Source: Macrostomum hystrix
Lineage: Eukaryota; Animalia; Platyhelminthes
Reading direction: 5' to 3'
DNA length: 64,000 bases
NCBI GenBank assembly: GCA_950097015.1
Contig: CATNEN010000029.1
Location: 620,001-684,000 of the forward strand
A program made the position numbers and the translations under genes. Every line of letters starts with the position of its first letter. Positions within the stretch are counted from its first letter, which is position 1. This document shows positions 28,803 to 41,846 of the stretch, piece after piece. The notes beneath the pieces were generated by a model. That model saw only the letters and a list, made by a program, of their open reading frames with translations. It searched no databases and was not told the origin of the DNA.

Positions 28803-29288
28803 TAAGATTTGATTGGCTATTGCTAACTAACAGCCTATGAAGGCTACATCTGCTTGATTCTCAGAAATGCTTTCTCTTTTATTTAAGATTTGATTGGCTA
28901 TTGCTAACTAACAGCCTATGAAGGCTACATCTGCTTGATTCTCAGAAATGCTTTCTCTTTTATTTAAGATTTGATTGGCTATTGCTAACTAACAGCCTAT
29001 GAAGGCTACATCTGCTTGATTCTCAGAATTGCTTTCTCTTTTATTTAAGATTTGATTGGCTATTGCTAACTAACAGCCTATGAAGGCTACATCTGCTTGA
29101 TTCTCAGAAATGCTTTCTCTTTTATTTAAGAATTGATTGGCTATTGCTAACTAACAGCCTATGAAGGCTACATCTGCTTGATTCTCAGAATTGCTTTCTC
29201 TTTTATTTAAGATTTGATTGGCTATTGCTAACTAACAGCCTATGAAGGCTACATCTGCTTGATTCTCAGAAATTGCTTTCTCTTTTAT
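28803..29288. repeat. 81-bp tandem repeat, 6 copies
   Basis: The unit starts TAAGATTTGATTGGCTATTGC at 28803, 28884, 28965, 29046, 29127 and 29208. Confidence 0.93.
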
Positions 29289-31865
29289 TTTTCTTCCCAT
29301 GCTTCGAAAGGCATGTTTCGAGTTTTCCCGTTGCCATTTACCCGAGACCGTCGCAAAGACTAATTAATTATTCAAGCGCGGTAATGCCCCAAGCGATTGC
29401 AAATGTGCTGCGGCAGACGAACTTTTCTCGTATCGCTTGAGACGCATTAACTGCTATTCATATGTCGCAGACAAATCGAATAGGCACGCGATTGCATTCT
29501 GCAACTATGCCAGCAGCCTCCACGAATGATTCGGTGACAATGAGGGAGCTCCTCATTTTCGGAGCTGCAAGTTTTGCAAGCCAGTCTGTCAGTCAGCCCA
29601 GGCCGAGAAGCAGACAACTGATCAACTGCTCAGCCCAGACGGTAATTGGGCTGAGTCGGCTGCAGCAAATCCCTTCGGCAAATTGCCTGCCCCGCCCCTC
29701 GAACCGCCGCCAGCTTTGGTCGCAGTCCCGCGGGGAGTCGGGAAAGGCAGAGAGGAAGATATAGGGGCTGGAAAAGTGGATGCTGCATAGAGAGCAAACG
29801 GCCACTTCGCAACCGGCCATGTGAAGTACTCTATCATCCAGTTCTTGCTCGTCCTGCCTCGCATATTCTCTATATGTTACTCTGCTTCATGTATTTTTTT
29901 CTACCGATAGTTTTTTTCTAGAAATTTGGTCTGAACGATTTTCAGCTCAAACCCATAGAAACATGGCATGCTTGATGTTAGTGCCGATAAATTTTTCGCT
30001 TTTAATAACTGTTTTCAAATTATTATTCTTATTTCAAATTAGAATAACTGATTGTAATAGGTTTCGATCAATTTCCCGACTTTGATGTAAACTTTCCGAC
30101 GGAGACATCAAACTCTGTTGGGAAAAGGATTAGAAATACCGGCGGATAAATCCCCAATTCTCAGAGTTTGCTCTCGAGCCGCCTTTAGTCCCTTATACTC
30201 CCAGATTCCTCCAGATGCTAATTCCCAAAAGGGGAGTCAAGCGGTTCCCTAGCTTACAGAGCAAAAATGCCACAGACTACCAACCCACCCCAAATTCCAT
30301 CCCCAACTTCACTGCTGGCAGCTCGGGACGGGATCTGGGGCTCGCCAGAGAGCCGAGGGTTTCCAGATAGCGGCGATCGAACTCATAATGAATCGCCAAT
30401 GCTGTTTGCGCAAGGGTGACTTTCGCCTCCCTTATTCGCCTCGCACTGTGCAAAATGCTTGGCAAGGCGGTGGGGATGAATTTGATTGGTCGAGATTCTT
30501 CATTACAGCGTCGGTTAGGCTCTAGGTGCTTGGGAGGGCCAAAGTGGCCTCCGCACCCTTAGCTAGGGAACCGGTTTGAACCGGCCCGCTCCTCGCTGCC
30601 CCCCTCCTCCTCTCCCCTTCTCTCTAACTTTTTTCTTCATAGCTCGCTCATCCCCCTGTGTAGGCGCAAGAATTAGACCCAGTGATTCTGTAGATAACAC
30701 TTGAGCATGCTCACAGCTGGTCACCTCTCGTCCCTCGTCCCAATCCATAGCTCGACAGCTCGAGGCGTAGAGAGTTCGATTCATATTGGAAACAACCTGT
30801 GTCAGTAAACAAAATTCTTAACTCCCCATTGCTTCGGTCCATGGACTGATCGAACAGCCTGTACACAGTCTTTGGAAGATGTCACTGGCATACCCAACAA
30901 TATGGACTTTTGGCGCAGTGAAAGTATGTAAAATGGCACAGAATTGAAGAATTTTGTTCAGAGCCAAGAAGCGCCGAGTCAAAGAAGCTGCTCAGTTTGT
31001 GAGCAAAGGAAGAAAAGAGAACTTTATGTGAGCCCGAATCCGAGAAGGCTCAGGTAAATCAATCGATGCAACCCTGGCGAGAGCATTGCGCTAGGAAGGC
31101 ATGACTTGACAAATTCCTGGGCAATGGGGACAGAGAAAGCGCGTCTTCAGTCATGATGGCTAAAGGAAGAATGTCCTTGGAGATTGGCAGTTTAAGATAC
31201 AGGTGAAAAGCGAGGCGTACAGATTGAGGTGAATCACCTTGGCCTCGTTAATGCACTCATCAAAAGTGACAATTAAATACTAGAAAATTATGTTTGTTTT
31301 TATAGACAGTGTTTCCAACAACAGCACGATGTACGTTAAAGACCCCGAGAAGCTCAACTACTCATAAATATAACTCATATATGCATAGGTAAGCCCTTTA
31401 TATACGTTGCGTACAGTTTGATAGTTCCGTGATTCATCCAGAAACTTTCGCGGCAAGAAATCAGAGCAATTGTGAAGCTGGACAGCAGTATCTTTTTCTT
31501 CGTTTCTGAGGCCTTTAATTTTCGAGTCGGAGCAGATGCTCGCGTGCTGGGATTCCTAGGTTTGGGTGGGTGGAAAAGCCAGCTTTCCCGCCTCTGCAAG
31601 CCAAGTTCAACTGCGTGAGAAAGCAAAAACTAAGACATGACGCTTTCGTGCAATAAATTATCCAAAGACTGACAGTGAATTCGGGGCGAGAGATCAATAA
31701 GGCTCTCTCTGCTCTTGCACCGGAGCTGTGTTTGACAAGCTTTTCAAGCTTACGGATCTCTCGAAATACAAGACGAGCTGCTGACGATACTCGTGAAATG
31801 AATTTTCTTGACAACAGGAGTAACCGAAAAATGAACTTTACTCGAATCGATGAATGGCAGCTTCG

Positions 31866-34800
31866 GGAATCCAAGTAGATTTTCTTCTGGAATCCAGGTG
31901 AAAAGTCTCGAGGAATCCTGGTAGAAATTCTCGAGGAATCCTGGTGAAAAATCTCGAGGAATCCTGGTAGAAATTCTCGAGGAATCCTGGTGAAAAATCT
32001 CGAGGAATCCTGGTAGAAATTCTCGAGGAATCCTGGTGAAAAATCTCGAGGAATCCTGGTAGAAATTCTCGAGGAATCCAGGTAGAAATTCTCGAGGAAT
32101 CCAGGTGGAAATTCTCGAGGAATCCAGGTGGAAATTCTCGAGGAATCCTGGTAGACATTCTCGAGGAATCCTGGTGGAAATTCTCGAGGAATCCAGTTGG
32201 AAATTCTCGAGGAATCCTGGTGGAAATTCTCGAGGAATCCTGGTAGAAATTCTCGAGGAATCCTGGTAGACATTCTCGAGGAATCCAAATAGAAATTCTC
32301 GAGGAATCCTCGTAGAAATTCTCGAGGAATCCTGGTAGAAATTCTCGAGGAATCCAGGTAAAAATTCTCGAGGAATCCTGGTAGACATTCTTGAGGAATC
32401 CTGGTGGAAATTCTCGAGGAATCCAAGTGGAAATTCTCGAGGAAACCAGGTGGAAATTCTCGAGGAATCCTGGTGGAAATTCTCGAGGAGTCCTGGTGGA
32501 AATTCTCGAGGAATCCTGGTGGAAATTCTCGAGGAATCCTGGTGGAAATTCTCGAGGAATCCTGGTAGACATTCTCGAGGAATCCTGGTGGAAATTCTCG
32601 AGGAATCCAGTTGGAAATTCTCGAGGAATCCTGGTGGAAATTCTCGAGGAATCCTGGTAGACATTCTCGAGGAATCCAAATAGAAATTCTCGAGGAATCC
32701 CGGTGGAAATTCTCGAGGAATCCAGGTGGAAATTCTCGAGGAATCCTGGTAGACATTCTCGAGGAATCCTGGTGGAAATTCTCGAGGAATCCAGTTGGAA
32801 ATTCTCGAGGAATCCTGGTCGAAATTCTCGAGGAATCCTGGTAGACATTCTCGAGGAATCCTGGTGGAAATTCTCGAGGAATCCAGTTGGAAATTCTCGA
32901 GGAATCCTGGTCGAAATTCTCGAGGAATCCTGGTAGAAATTCTCGAGGAATCCTGGTAGACATTCTCGAGGAATCCAAATAGAAATTCTCGAGGAATCCT
33001 CGTAGAAATTCTCGAGGAATCCTGGTAGAAATTCTCGAGGAATCCAGGTAAAAATTCTCGAGGAATCCTGGTAGACATTCTTGAGGAATCCTGGTGGAAA
33101 TTCTCGAGGAATCCAAGTGGAAATTCTCGAGGAAACCAGGTGGAAATTCTCGAGGAATCCTGGTGGAAATTCTCGAGGAATCCAGTTGGAAATTCTCGAG
33201 GAATCCTGGTGGAAATTCTCGAGGAATCCTGGTAGACATTCTCGAGGAATCCAAATAGAAATTCTCGAGGAATCCCGGTGGAAATTCTCGAGGAATCCAG
33301 GTGGAAATTCTCGAGGAATCCTGGTAGACATTCTCGAGGAATCCTGGTGGAAATTCTCGAGGAATCCAGTTGGAAATTCTCGAGGAATCCTGGTCGAAAT
33401 TCTCGAGGAATCCTGGTAGACATTCTCGAGGAATCCTGGTGGAAATTCTCGAGGAATCCAGTTGGAAATTCTCGAGGAATCCTGGTCGAAATTCTCGAGG
33501 AATCCTGGTAGAAATTCTCGAGGAATCCTGGTAGACATTCTCGAGGAATCCAAATAGAAATTCTCGAGGAATCCTCGTAGAAATTCTCGAGGAATCCTGG
33601 TAGAAATTCTCGAGGAATCCAGGTAAAAATTCTCGAGGAATCCTGGTAGACATTCTTGAGGAATCCTGGTGGAAATTCTCGAGGAATCCAAGTGGAAATT
33701 CTCGAGGAAACCAGGTGGAAATTCTCGAGGAATCCTGGTGGAAATTCTCGAGGAGTCCTGGTGGAAATTCTCGAGGAATCCTGGTGGAAATTCTCGAGGA
33801 ATCCTGGTGGAAATTCTCGAGGAATCCTGGTAGAAATTCTCGAGGAATCCTGGTAGAAATTCTCGAGGAATCCCAGTGGAAATTCTCGAGGAATCCAGGT
33901 GGAAATTCTCGAGGAATCCTGGTAGACATTCTCGAGGAATCCTGGTGGAAATTCTCGAGGAATCCAGTTGGAAATTCTCGAGGAATCCTGGTGGAAATTC
34001 TCGAGGAATCCTGGTGGAAATTCTCGAGGAATCCTGGTAGACATTCTCGAGGAATCCAAATAGAAATTCTCGAGGAATCCTCGTAGAAATTCTCGAGGAA
34101 TCCTGGTAGAAATTCTCGAGGAATCCTGGTGGAAATTCTCGAGGAATCCTGGAGGAAATTCTCGAGGAATCCTGGTAGAAATTCTCGAGGAATCCTGGTA
34201 GAAATTCTCGAGGAATCCTGGTAGAAATTCTCGAGGAATCCTGGTAGAAATTCTCGAGGAATCCAGGTGAAAATTCTCGAGGAATCCAGGTAAAAATTCT
34301 CGAGGAATCCTGGTGGAAATTCTCGAGGAATCCAGGTAGAAATTCTCGAGGAATCCAGGTGGAAATTCTCGAGGAATCCTGGTGGAAATTCTCGAGGAAT
34401 CCTGGTGGAAATTCTCGAGGAATCCTGGTAGACATTCTCGAGGAATCCAAATAGAAATTCTCGAGGAATCCTCGTAGAAATTCTCGAGGAATCCTGGTGG
34501 AAATTCTCGAGGAATCCTGGTGGAAATTCTCGAGGAATCCTGGTAGAAATTCTCGAGGAATCCTGGTAGAAATTCTCGAGGAATCCCGGTGGAAATTCTC
34601 GAGGAATCCAGGTGGAAATTCTCGAGGAATCCAAGTGGAAATTCTCGAGGAATCCTGGTAGGAATTCTCGAGGAGTCCTGGTGGAAATTCTCGAGGAATC
34701 CTGGTGGAAATTCTCGAGGAATCCTGGTAGAAATTCTCGAGGAATCCTGGTAGAAATTCTCGAGGAATCCTGGTAGAAATTCTCGAGGAGTCCTGGTGGA

Positions 34801-34900
34801 AATTCTCGAGGAATCCAAACGGAAATTCTCGTGGAATCCAGGTGGAAATTCTCGAGGAATCTAAGTGGAAATTATCAAGGAATCCAGGTAACAAATCTAC
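31866..34900. repeat. 23-bp satellite, about 130 monomers, with higher-order structure
   Basis: Unit GGTAGAAATTCTCGAGGAATCCT, with degenerate edges. Confidence 0.95.
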
Positions 34901-35753
34901 AGTAATCCAGGTGAAAATTCGTAGGAATCCAGAGAGAAGTTATCCAGGAATGTATGAAGAAATTCACCAGGCATTCCGATAGAAGTGCTTAATCAATAGA
35001 ATCAACAGATCAATTAATCAACAGATAGACATTTTTTGAGGTAATTATTCTTCATTTCTGGCTTTAATTACCTTAGGTAGCTGCCACAGTCTAATGACTA
35101 GTAGGAGTTAAAAGAAAGTTTAGCATCTGACCATGCCGTACAGCGTCACAGAGAATGAGTTTTAGACCTTACATTTTATATTACAGTCATTGCGCAACTC
35201 TACTTGAATCTCGCGCACTCCTGTGAGCTGAGTATTCTGAGCCGGTCGCTCCCATCGCCATATTCAAACAAGTAAAGATGCAATGCGTTCACCTTTACAC
35301 CCTGCCCCAACAGCAACTCTAGCATTGTCTCTGTTGTTCTCACCGATTGGCAATCGTTTTCCTCTCTTTAGTTTACTAAGTGGTAAGTACTTCTCATCCT
35401 GGTTTCTCCTACGGGCCTCTGTATGTAAGGGTCCAGGCGCCTGTTCTCAAGTCCCCGGGTTGTCTCACCCCACCCAATATTCCCCTCCTCCCACACCGCC
35501 TCCCCCTTCTGCTTCCTCCTCTCCTTCGTCTCTCCGTCTTCATCTCAAGCGTCCCAAGCCAGAGGATTGGGTAGTTGCTTGTTTGGCGGCCCCGCGCCAG
35601 TTTCCCGGAGCTGTGGAGAAATAAAAAGGCGTAATTCTTCTGCTCCAGCGTGCGTCTCACCGCCCCCTTCCTGCTCTGCCTCATCAGACTATTAGCTGCA
35701 GTTTTAGCTAGCCGCAAGACTCTCTATAGAAAAAGCAATCGTCACTTGTTTCA

Positions 35754-37254
35754 ATGGCCTATCGATCGGACGCGGAGGCGGGTGACTGGCAGCGAAATCA
35801 GCAGCAGCAACAGCAGCCGCCGTATCAGCACCATCAGCAGCAGTATGAACAGCAGTACCAGCCACAGCAGCAGCAGCAGCAGCATCAGCAGTATGAGCAG
35901 CAGTACCAGCCTCAGGCGCCGGCACAGCAGCAGCAGCAGACAGTGGGGTCAGTTTTTTAACTTGTACAGACAAAAAGTGCTTTTGACTCCTGTCGAGAGG
36001 TTGTTAGTTCGTATCCCAGCACTTTTATATCCTTGACGCTTAGTACCCATTGTTTCATTTGCCTAACATGATTAGGTTTTAATTTTTTCAGTCAATTCAA
36101 TACAAACAAGTGAATCCTGTAGGTTGAAGAATTTTAAATAGAAATTACGTTAAACAGATGAAAGAGTTTCGCTTGAGTTTAATTATATGCAGAAGCTTGA
36201 AGCTTTTTATTATTAAAAAGCTCTGATCTCTATTTAGAATTAAGTTTGAGTGCAGCAGCAGCGGCTGTGGACATATATCAAAGTTTGCTGTTGCCACCCG
36301 GAAACTGGAAGCGGAGCAGTGTTGGGTTGTGCTGAGGCCGGGATTTGCCGATGGGGCTCAATCCTTGTCTGACCGGTTTGGCCACTGGAGGAAAGAAAAT
36401 CCCTGCTTTTATCCTGCTTTTATATAAGCGGGTCGGATAACTTCTGGTGTATCTTTGATGCGGACAGTTCCAATGCTTGCCTGATGGCGGAGTTTTGGAG
36501 GCCGATGGAGGAATTGGGGAGGGGAAAAAACAGCGATCCCCTTCCCGTCAGACGCAGGAGACGCTTCCCCTCTCAGACTGGCTTCCATTTTTCCTGGTTT
36601 TCAGCCTTGATCCCCTCCGCCGCCTCCTAAACCCAAGGAGCCGATCGGCTGCTCTGCGAGACCACTTGAAAAATCCCAATTCTCGTCTAACCCCAACGGT
36701 CGCCGCAGATACCACGGAGACATGGCCGGGCCGGCGGATAAGGCGGGAACATTTGAGTCTAGCGGAAGGAAATTTGAGTAGGGCCGTCTTGAGACCACCC
36801 TCTCTGTCAGCCTTGTCCATCGGCCTTTTCAACTGCGGAGCAGCCGTTTTCATTGAGTTTTTTGGGATAAATGAGAAAAATCAATGTCCCGCTTGAAGAG
36901 GATTTGAAGAGTGGGATAAGTTTTCTTTCAAACAAAAGTCAATGGGAATTGATGGAGAAAGCTAGAACGCTAATATGCTGATGAGGATATTTGCTGAAGA
37001 AAGTTTGACCTCGAACTTCCATTTCTGTTAACACACGCAATGCTGAGCTGTTGAAATTCATGCCTGGAGGGAAATTGGGCCATTTACGCGTAACTTATGC
37101 ACGAAATGTCCCAGCACTGCTGCTTTCTTCATTTTCACATTTTTCAAGCTTAAAAAATCTTTCTTCTGAATTCATTTTATAAAATAGGAAGTCGATTGAC
37201 GAAGGTCCAAATGGAACTGTCGGTTTCAGCGGTGGCGGCGGTGGCGGCGGCGGT

Positions 37255-37285
<31 letters not shown>

Positions 37286-39979
37286 CTCCAATGTGGCCCT
37301 GGGTAGTGCTGGCCTGCGCAGCAATCAATGTCATATTTTTAGGTGGAAAACGACGTGCGTTCGGTGTTTTCGTTGCGCAACTGCGCACTGAGTTTAACGG
37401 CACAACGTCGCTTGCCGAGCTCAACTGGATCGGTAAGGACCGGTTATAAAATCCCTAAAATAAAATGCTCTTTGCTTCGGACTGGAGCGTTTGCCTCTTG
37501 CACCAAGGTCCCTGAGCTCGATTCCGCGGCGAGGCCAGCGGAAAAGAAGGCTTGAGGGCTTGTGGTACAATTTACGCCCTTTAGAAAATTGAGAACCAAG
37601 GCGTAGTGAGAGTGTACACTGCCTGTCAGGGGCAGATGCACACACCTGTGTGAGTGTGTTTTAGCGGAAGGGGAAGAACTGCCTCCTCGCTGCCGGTGGG
37701 TCTACACTCACACAGCCATCCTGCAATTTTTCACTGAGTTCCTGTTTTTCAATTTCAGTCAGTGTCTAGTCTGTTTCGCGTCGCATTTTCCTAAGTATCC
37801 TACTTTTTAATTAGGCTTACTGTCTGCAATCTATTTTACCCCACTCAGTATGCATTGTATTATGAGATCGGTTGCGCAGGTGCAAAAAATGAGCCTTCCT
37901 ATCATTACCGAAGAGGATGCAGGATAGCCACCCACTCGATGGAATTATTTATTATGAGATAGTAGCAGCAAGTATAAATGATCATTTATTATTATTAAGT
38001 ATTAATATGCTGCTAATTATCTATTAGCAGCAAGTGTTCCAGTTTCTGTATAGGCCGATGGAAAAACTGGTTTGGACCGGATTCCAAGCACACACACAAA
38101 CACACGCACGCAAAACTATGGATCAATCGAACCTCTCTCTTAGCCGATAATTAAACGGAAGGAGGTTGCCACCGGGCAGGGGGTGAGGATGGGAGTGGCG
38201 GCAGGCGCCCATGATTTGAATAATTAATTCTGGCCTCCGGGAACAGCGCTTCCAGGCCGCTAGGAAGCAGGCTGAGTAAGGGAGAGAGAAAGGTTTCAGG
38301 TTCTCAGAAACTGGGCAACAGTTCTGAACGAGCTTTCTTCTGGGCGCTTTGGAGTTTCTCCCCACCCCCCGATGAGCGCTCTTTTTAAGTTCGTTTGTTC
38401 ACCCACTTGGTGAGTTTCATGAGGCGTGCAGCCTATATGGATTGCATCGAAATGAATGCATGAACGTCGTTACGTCGTTATCGCCATTAATTTAAATTAT
38501 TAAAAATGTACCAACCAGCGAACCGTGGATTTTACAGTCTTGTTCGTGCATTGAAAATCTTTTTTCTGCGGATTTCCCTAAGAACTGTATTCTTTCTTTT
38601 TGATTTTATCTATCACTGTAGGATGGTCTCTGAGACACAAGCAACCAATCACTGTAGGATGGCTTCTGAGACACAAGCAACCAATCACTGTAGGATGGCC
38701 TCTGAGACACAAGCAACCAATCACTGTAGGATGGCTTCTGAGACACAAGCAACCAATCACTGTAGGATGGCCTCTGAAACACAAGCAATCGTTTAATGTG
38801 GGTTCTCAATCGCTCATTATTCTCCATCTTTACCTTACAGGTGACAGCTACGCTGCTTTGGGCTACATGACTACAGCCGCCACCAGCACAGCAATCCTCG
38901 TGTCCGGCCGGAAATTCCGTCTCTTCCAGCTGCTCGGATCCTTGTTCATCCTGCTGGCCTGTGTGACCTCCGCCTACGTGCCAAACCCGCACTGGCTGTT
39001 CCTGACGCACACCCTGTTCCACGGCATCGGCAGCTCCTGCGTGCTCAGCGTGGTCGGTCTGATCGTCAACGAGTACTTTGACAAGCAGCACCGGCACCAT
39101 ATTCTAGCCACCACATTGGTCTCCGGTGGCTCCATTGCGTCCATCGTGTTCGTGGAAATGTACGCCTACCTAATTGAGACCTACACTTGGCGCAAAGCCT
39201 TCCTAATCCTTGGGGGCATATACCTGGTCGTGAACCTCAGTGGTGTATTTTTCTTCGGAAAGAATCCAGCTAAGCAGGACTACCTGAGCAGCAACAATAG
39301 CTGCCTGGGCGCTATCCGAGAGATCGAGCGCCGCAAACTGCCCTACCTTGGTCTGTGGTTCTTCGACCGCATCATGACAAGCATTGTCACCTACGGCATG
39401 CTGCTCAACTTGGCCGACTACGTAAGACGCCGTGAGAGCAGCCTCACCAAATCAACCCATCTCACAATGCTGTTCGCCTCCGGCGAAGCCAGCACCTACG
39501 CCATCGCCGCCGTGATCACCGCGTTCACCAAGGACCTGCTGCTGAACAGGCTGAAGTACATCCTGCTGGCCTGCACCGCTCTGCTGGCCGTCATGCTCGC
39601 TCTCTGGGAGCTCTGCGCCTCCAACGACGGCCTCAGCAAGCTGCTGGCCTACTTGTGCGGCTTCGGCCTCGGTCCGAGCATCACCTTCCTGTTTCCTGCC
39701 GGAGAGGAGCTCACCACTCTGCCGGGCCACCTAGCCTATCCGTTCAGCCTGGCTGGCATGGGAGTTGGCATGGCGCTGTCGCCCATTGTCACGGCGGTGA
39801 TCGCCGAAGCCTACGAGTACCGCGGCTTCTTCCTCATCCAGGCCTTCCTCATCTTCTTGAAGCTGCTGGCCCTGTGTGCCATTGTGCTGCTGCAGAAGCT
39901 GGTGCTGGGGCCTGGTGATGTTGAGTACGAAGCGGTCACTTTGGAGGAACTCAACCGAGAAGGCGAGGTGAAAAAATGA
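35754..39979 (+). CDS. SLC16/monocarboxylate-transporter-like MFS protein, 3 exons (35754-35947, 37188-37432, 38841-39979), about 525 aa
   Basis: Exon 2 has WPWVVLAC...FGVFVAQLRTEF...NWIG, an MCT TM1-2 signature. Exon 3 is a hydrophobic multi-TM ORF (LFHGIGSS...VNEYFDK, ETYTWRKAF). The phases match (2 and 1). Linkage of the polyQ exon 1 relies on a GTCAGT donor and is less certain. Confidence 0.85.
37490..37630 (+). mobile_element. SINE family A copy (partial)
   Basis: GCGTTTGCCTCTTGCACCAAGGTCCC...GGCTTGTGGTACAATTTACGCCC...AGTGTACACTGCCTG matches the reverse complement of 54070-54252. Confidence 0.65.
38624..38785. repeat. 36-bp minisatellite, about 4.5 copies, just upstream of the MCT exon 3 acceptor
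   Basis: Unit CACTGTAGGATGGCTTCTGAGACACAAGCAACCAAT. Confidence 0.9.
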
Positions 39980-41671
39980 GTGACTCGTGAAAGTGAAAAC
40001 TAGTTTGAATTTCTGTCTCTCGCATCTCATTAAATTTGTAACATTTTACGTTTTAGTTATACATGCAAAGTGTCCAGCACAAATATCCATTGTCAGTTTT
40101 TATGACCCGGGTTCTTCTCGGACGCAGAAATTAATCTCGGTACATCCATAAATACCCAATGCATACCTCATGTGACATCCATGGTAACAAAATTGAGATT
40201 CAAACTCGAATTCCCTAGTGCTTCAGTTCATCCGAGTGTAAAATGGGAACTAGCATTAGCTAGGGTGGCATTATGGGCGAATCGCAATAGCTGCGGCTGT
40301 GCCACTATCTGACTATCTAGCAAATTCTGACTACTGTTAGTAGACGATAAGCTCATATAGCCTAATTCGCTAACTAAAACGCAAAAGGCTTCTCTTCGGA
40401 CCAGCCGCAACAAGTAGCATAGAAAAATTAACTAATAGAGCCTTTTCTCTTGCGATGTACTTTTATTTGTAACCGTCAGGTGTGACTGTTAACTTTTTGC
40501 CGCCTTTTTAAATAACCCGTTATATCTTAAATTCGATTCAATCTTATAAAACAGTACATGAGCAAAATGCGTATAATTATTGTACTTCTGACACTGTGAT
40601 TTTGTATACAATGAGGAACAGAATGGCTTGAGGTGGGTTCCATCAGAGTCGTAGATAATCGATGTACATTCATAGTTTTAAAAAGCCAATAGTAATGCAG
40701 TCTATAAGTGTAGCGCTAAATCAAGTTAAATCTAGTTAAATCAAGTAAATTATAGACAAGTTAGATTAAAATATATATTTCAGCAAGCATATAAAAATAT
40801 TATATACTAATGCGCTCTTTGTTTAGCTGTACCGCATAAACTTAATAAAAATAGCTCTGCATTATTAGTTTTGATTCGCTTCATCTTTTGCATAAATGTC
40901 TTATTCCACCTACTAATAGCAGAAAGTATAGCATTTTCTAATTCGTGATTTATTGCTGAAAAATGCTTTGCTCTGTTAAAAAAAACAGAACCAGATTTTG
41001 GTTATCTCTCATGCGTTTTCTGTGGCTATTCAATTCTTTTCTCTGCACGTTTTACTCTATCATCTATCATCCGAGCTGTCAAACTTGGCCTTCTATGACA
41101 TTGGTCTAATGTTTATATGCTAACATAATACAGCTTGATAACATACGAGTTAGTTCAATAAAAAGCTTATCCACACGATTGTAATCAAATCCGCGGAAAT
41201 TGCCCAATAAACTTTGCGAACTAGAGCGAAAAAGCATACTTTATTGCTCTTCATAACAATAGTTTTATTTTAAATTATTATGTACTAATAAAATAAAATA
41301 TATAATATAATATAATATTATATTATATTATATTGAATTGTATTATATTTTAAAGAGCATTATTATGTATAATTAAATTAAGTAACGTAATTTGCAATAA
41401 AAATATTTTATCGTAAAGATGCTTGACTTTTAGAAAACTATTTATAACTCAAAGTAGAAACATTTAATAGCTTACGCTGGTATTTAGAAAAATACATGCG
41501 ATGGTTATAACGATTGATTGCAGACTTTTTGTGAAAATTTGCGTCAGGTCAAGTTAATAGTTTGTGATCTCCATGAATTTTGTCATCTTATTTTACTAAA
41601 ATAGAAAATTTAATGTATTCTCCTCTGGGCATTTAGCTGAACACAAATCTACCTAACTGTCTGCTTTTCAA

Positions 41672-41846
41672 TCCCGACTCTTTGAGTCCCGACTCTTTGA
41701 GTCCCGACTCTTTGAGTCCCGACTCTTTGAGTCCCGACTCTTTGAGTCCCGACTCTTTGAGTCCCGACTCTTTGAGTCCCGACTCTTTGAGTCCCGACTC
41801 TTTGAGTCCCGACTCTTTGAGTCCCGACTCTTTGAGTCCCAACTCT
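41672..41846. repeat. 15-bp tandem array, 11 perfect copies
   Basis: Unit TCCCGACTCTTTGAG; the tandem contains the dyad GAGTC-CC-GACTC. Confidence 0.95.

Noticed and set aside
29462-30784. GC-richer patches with short ORFs on both strands
   Set aside because: They may be untranslated exons or promoters, but I could not establish a coding signature, a signal peptide or phase-compatible junctions.
31515-34894. Three ORFs of more than 1000 aa on the minus strand
   Set aside because: All three frames give the same permuted peptide because the 23-bp unit has no stop on that strand. This is a satellite artefact.
31866-34900. Heat-shock element array (GAA/TTC motifs in the satellite)
   Set aside because: The spacing is GAA-n-TTC rather than nGAAnnTTCn, and the next unit is mismatched.
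36300-36900. ORFs 36477-36896 and 36548-36853 in MCT intron 1
   Set aside because: No domain similarity or splice support.
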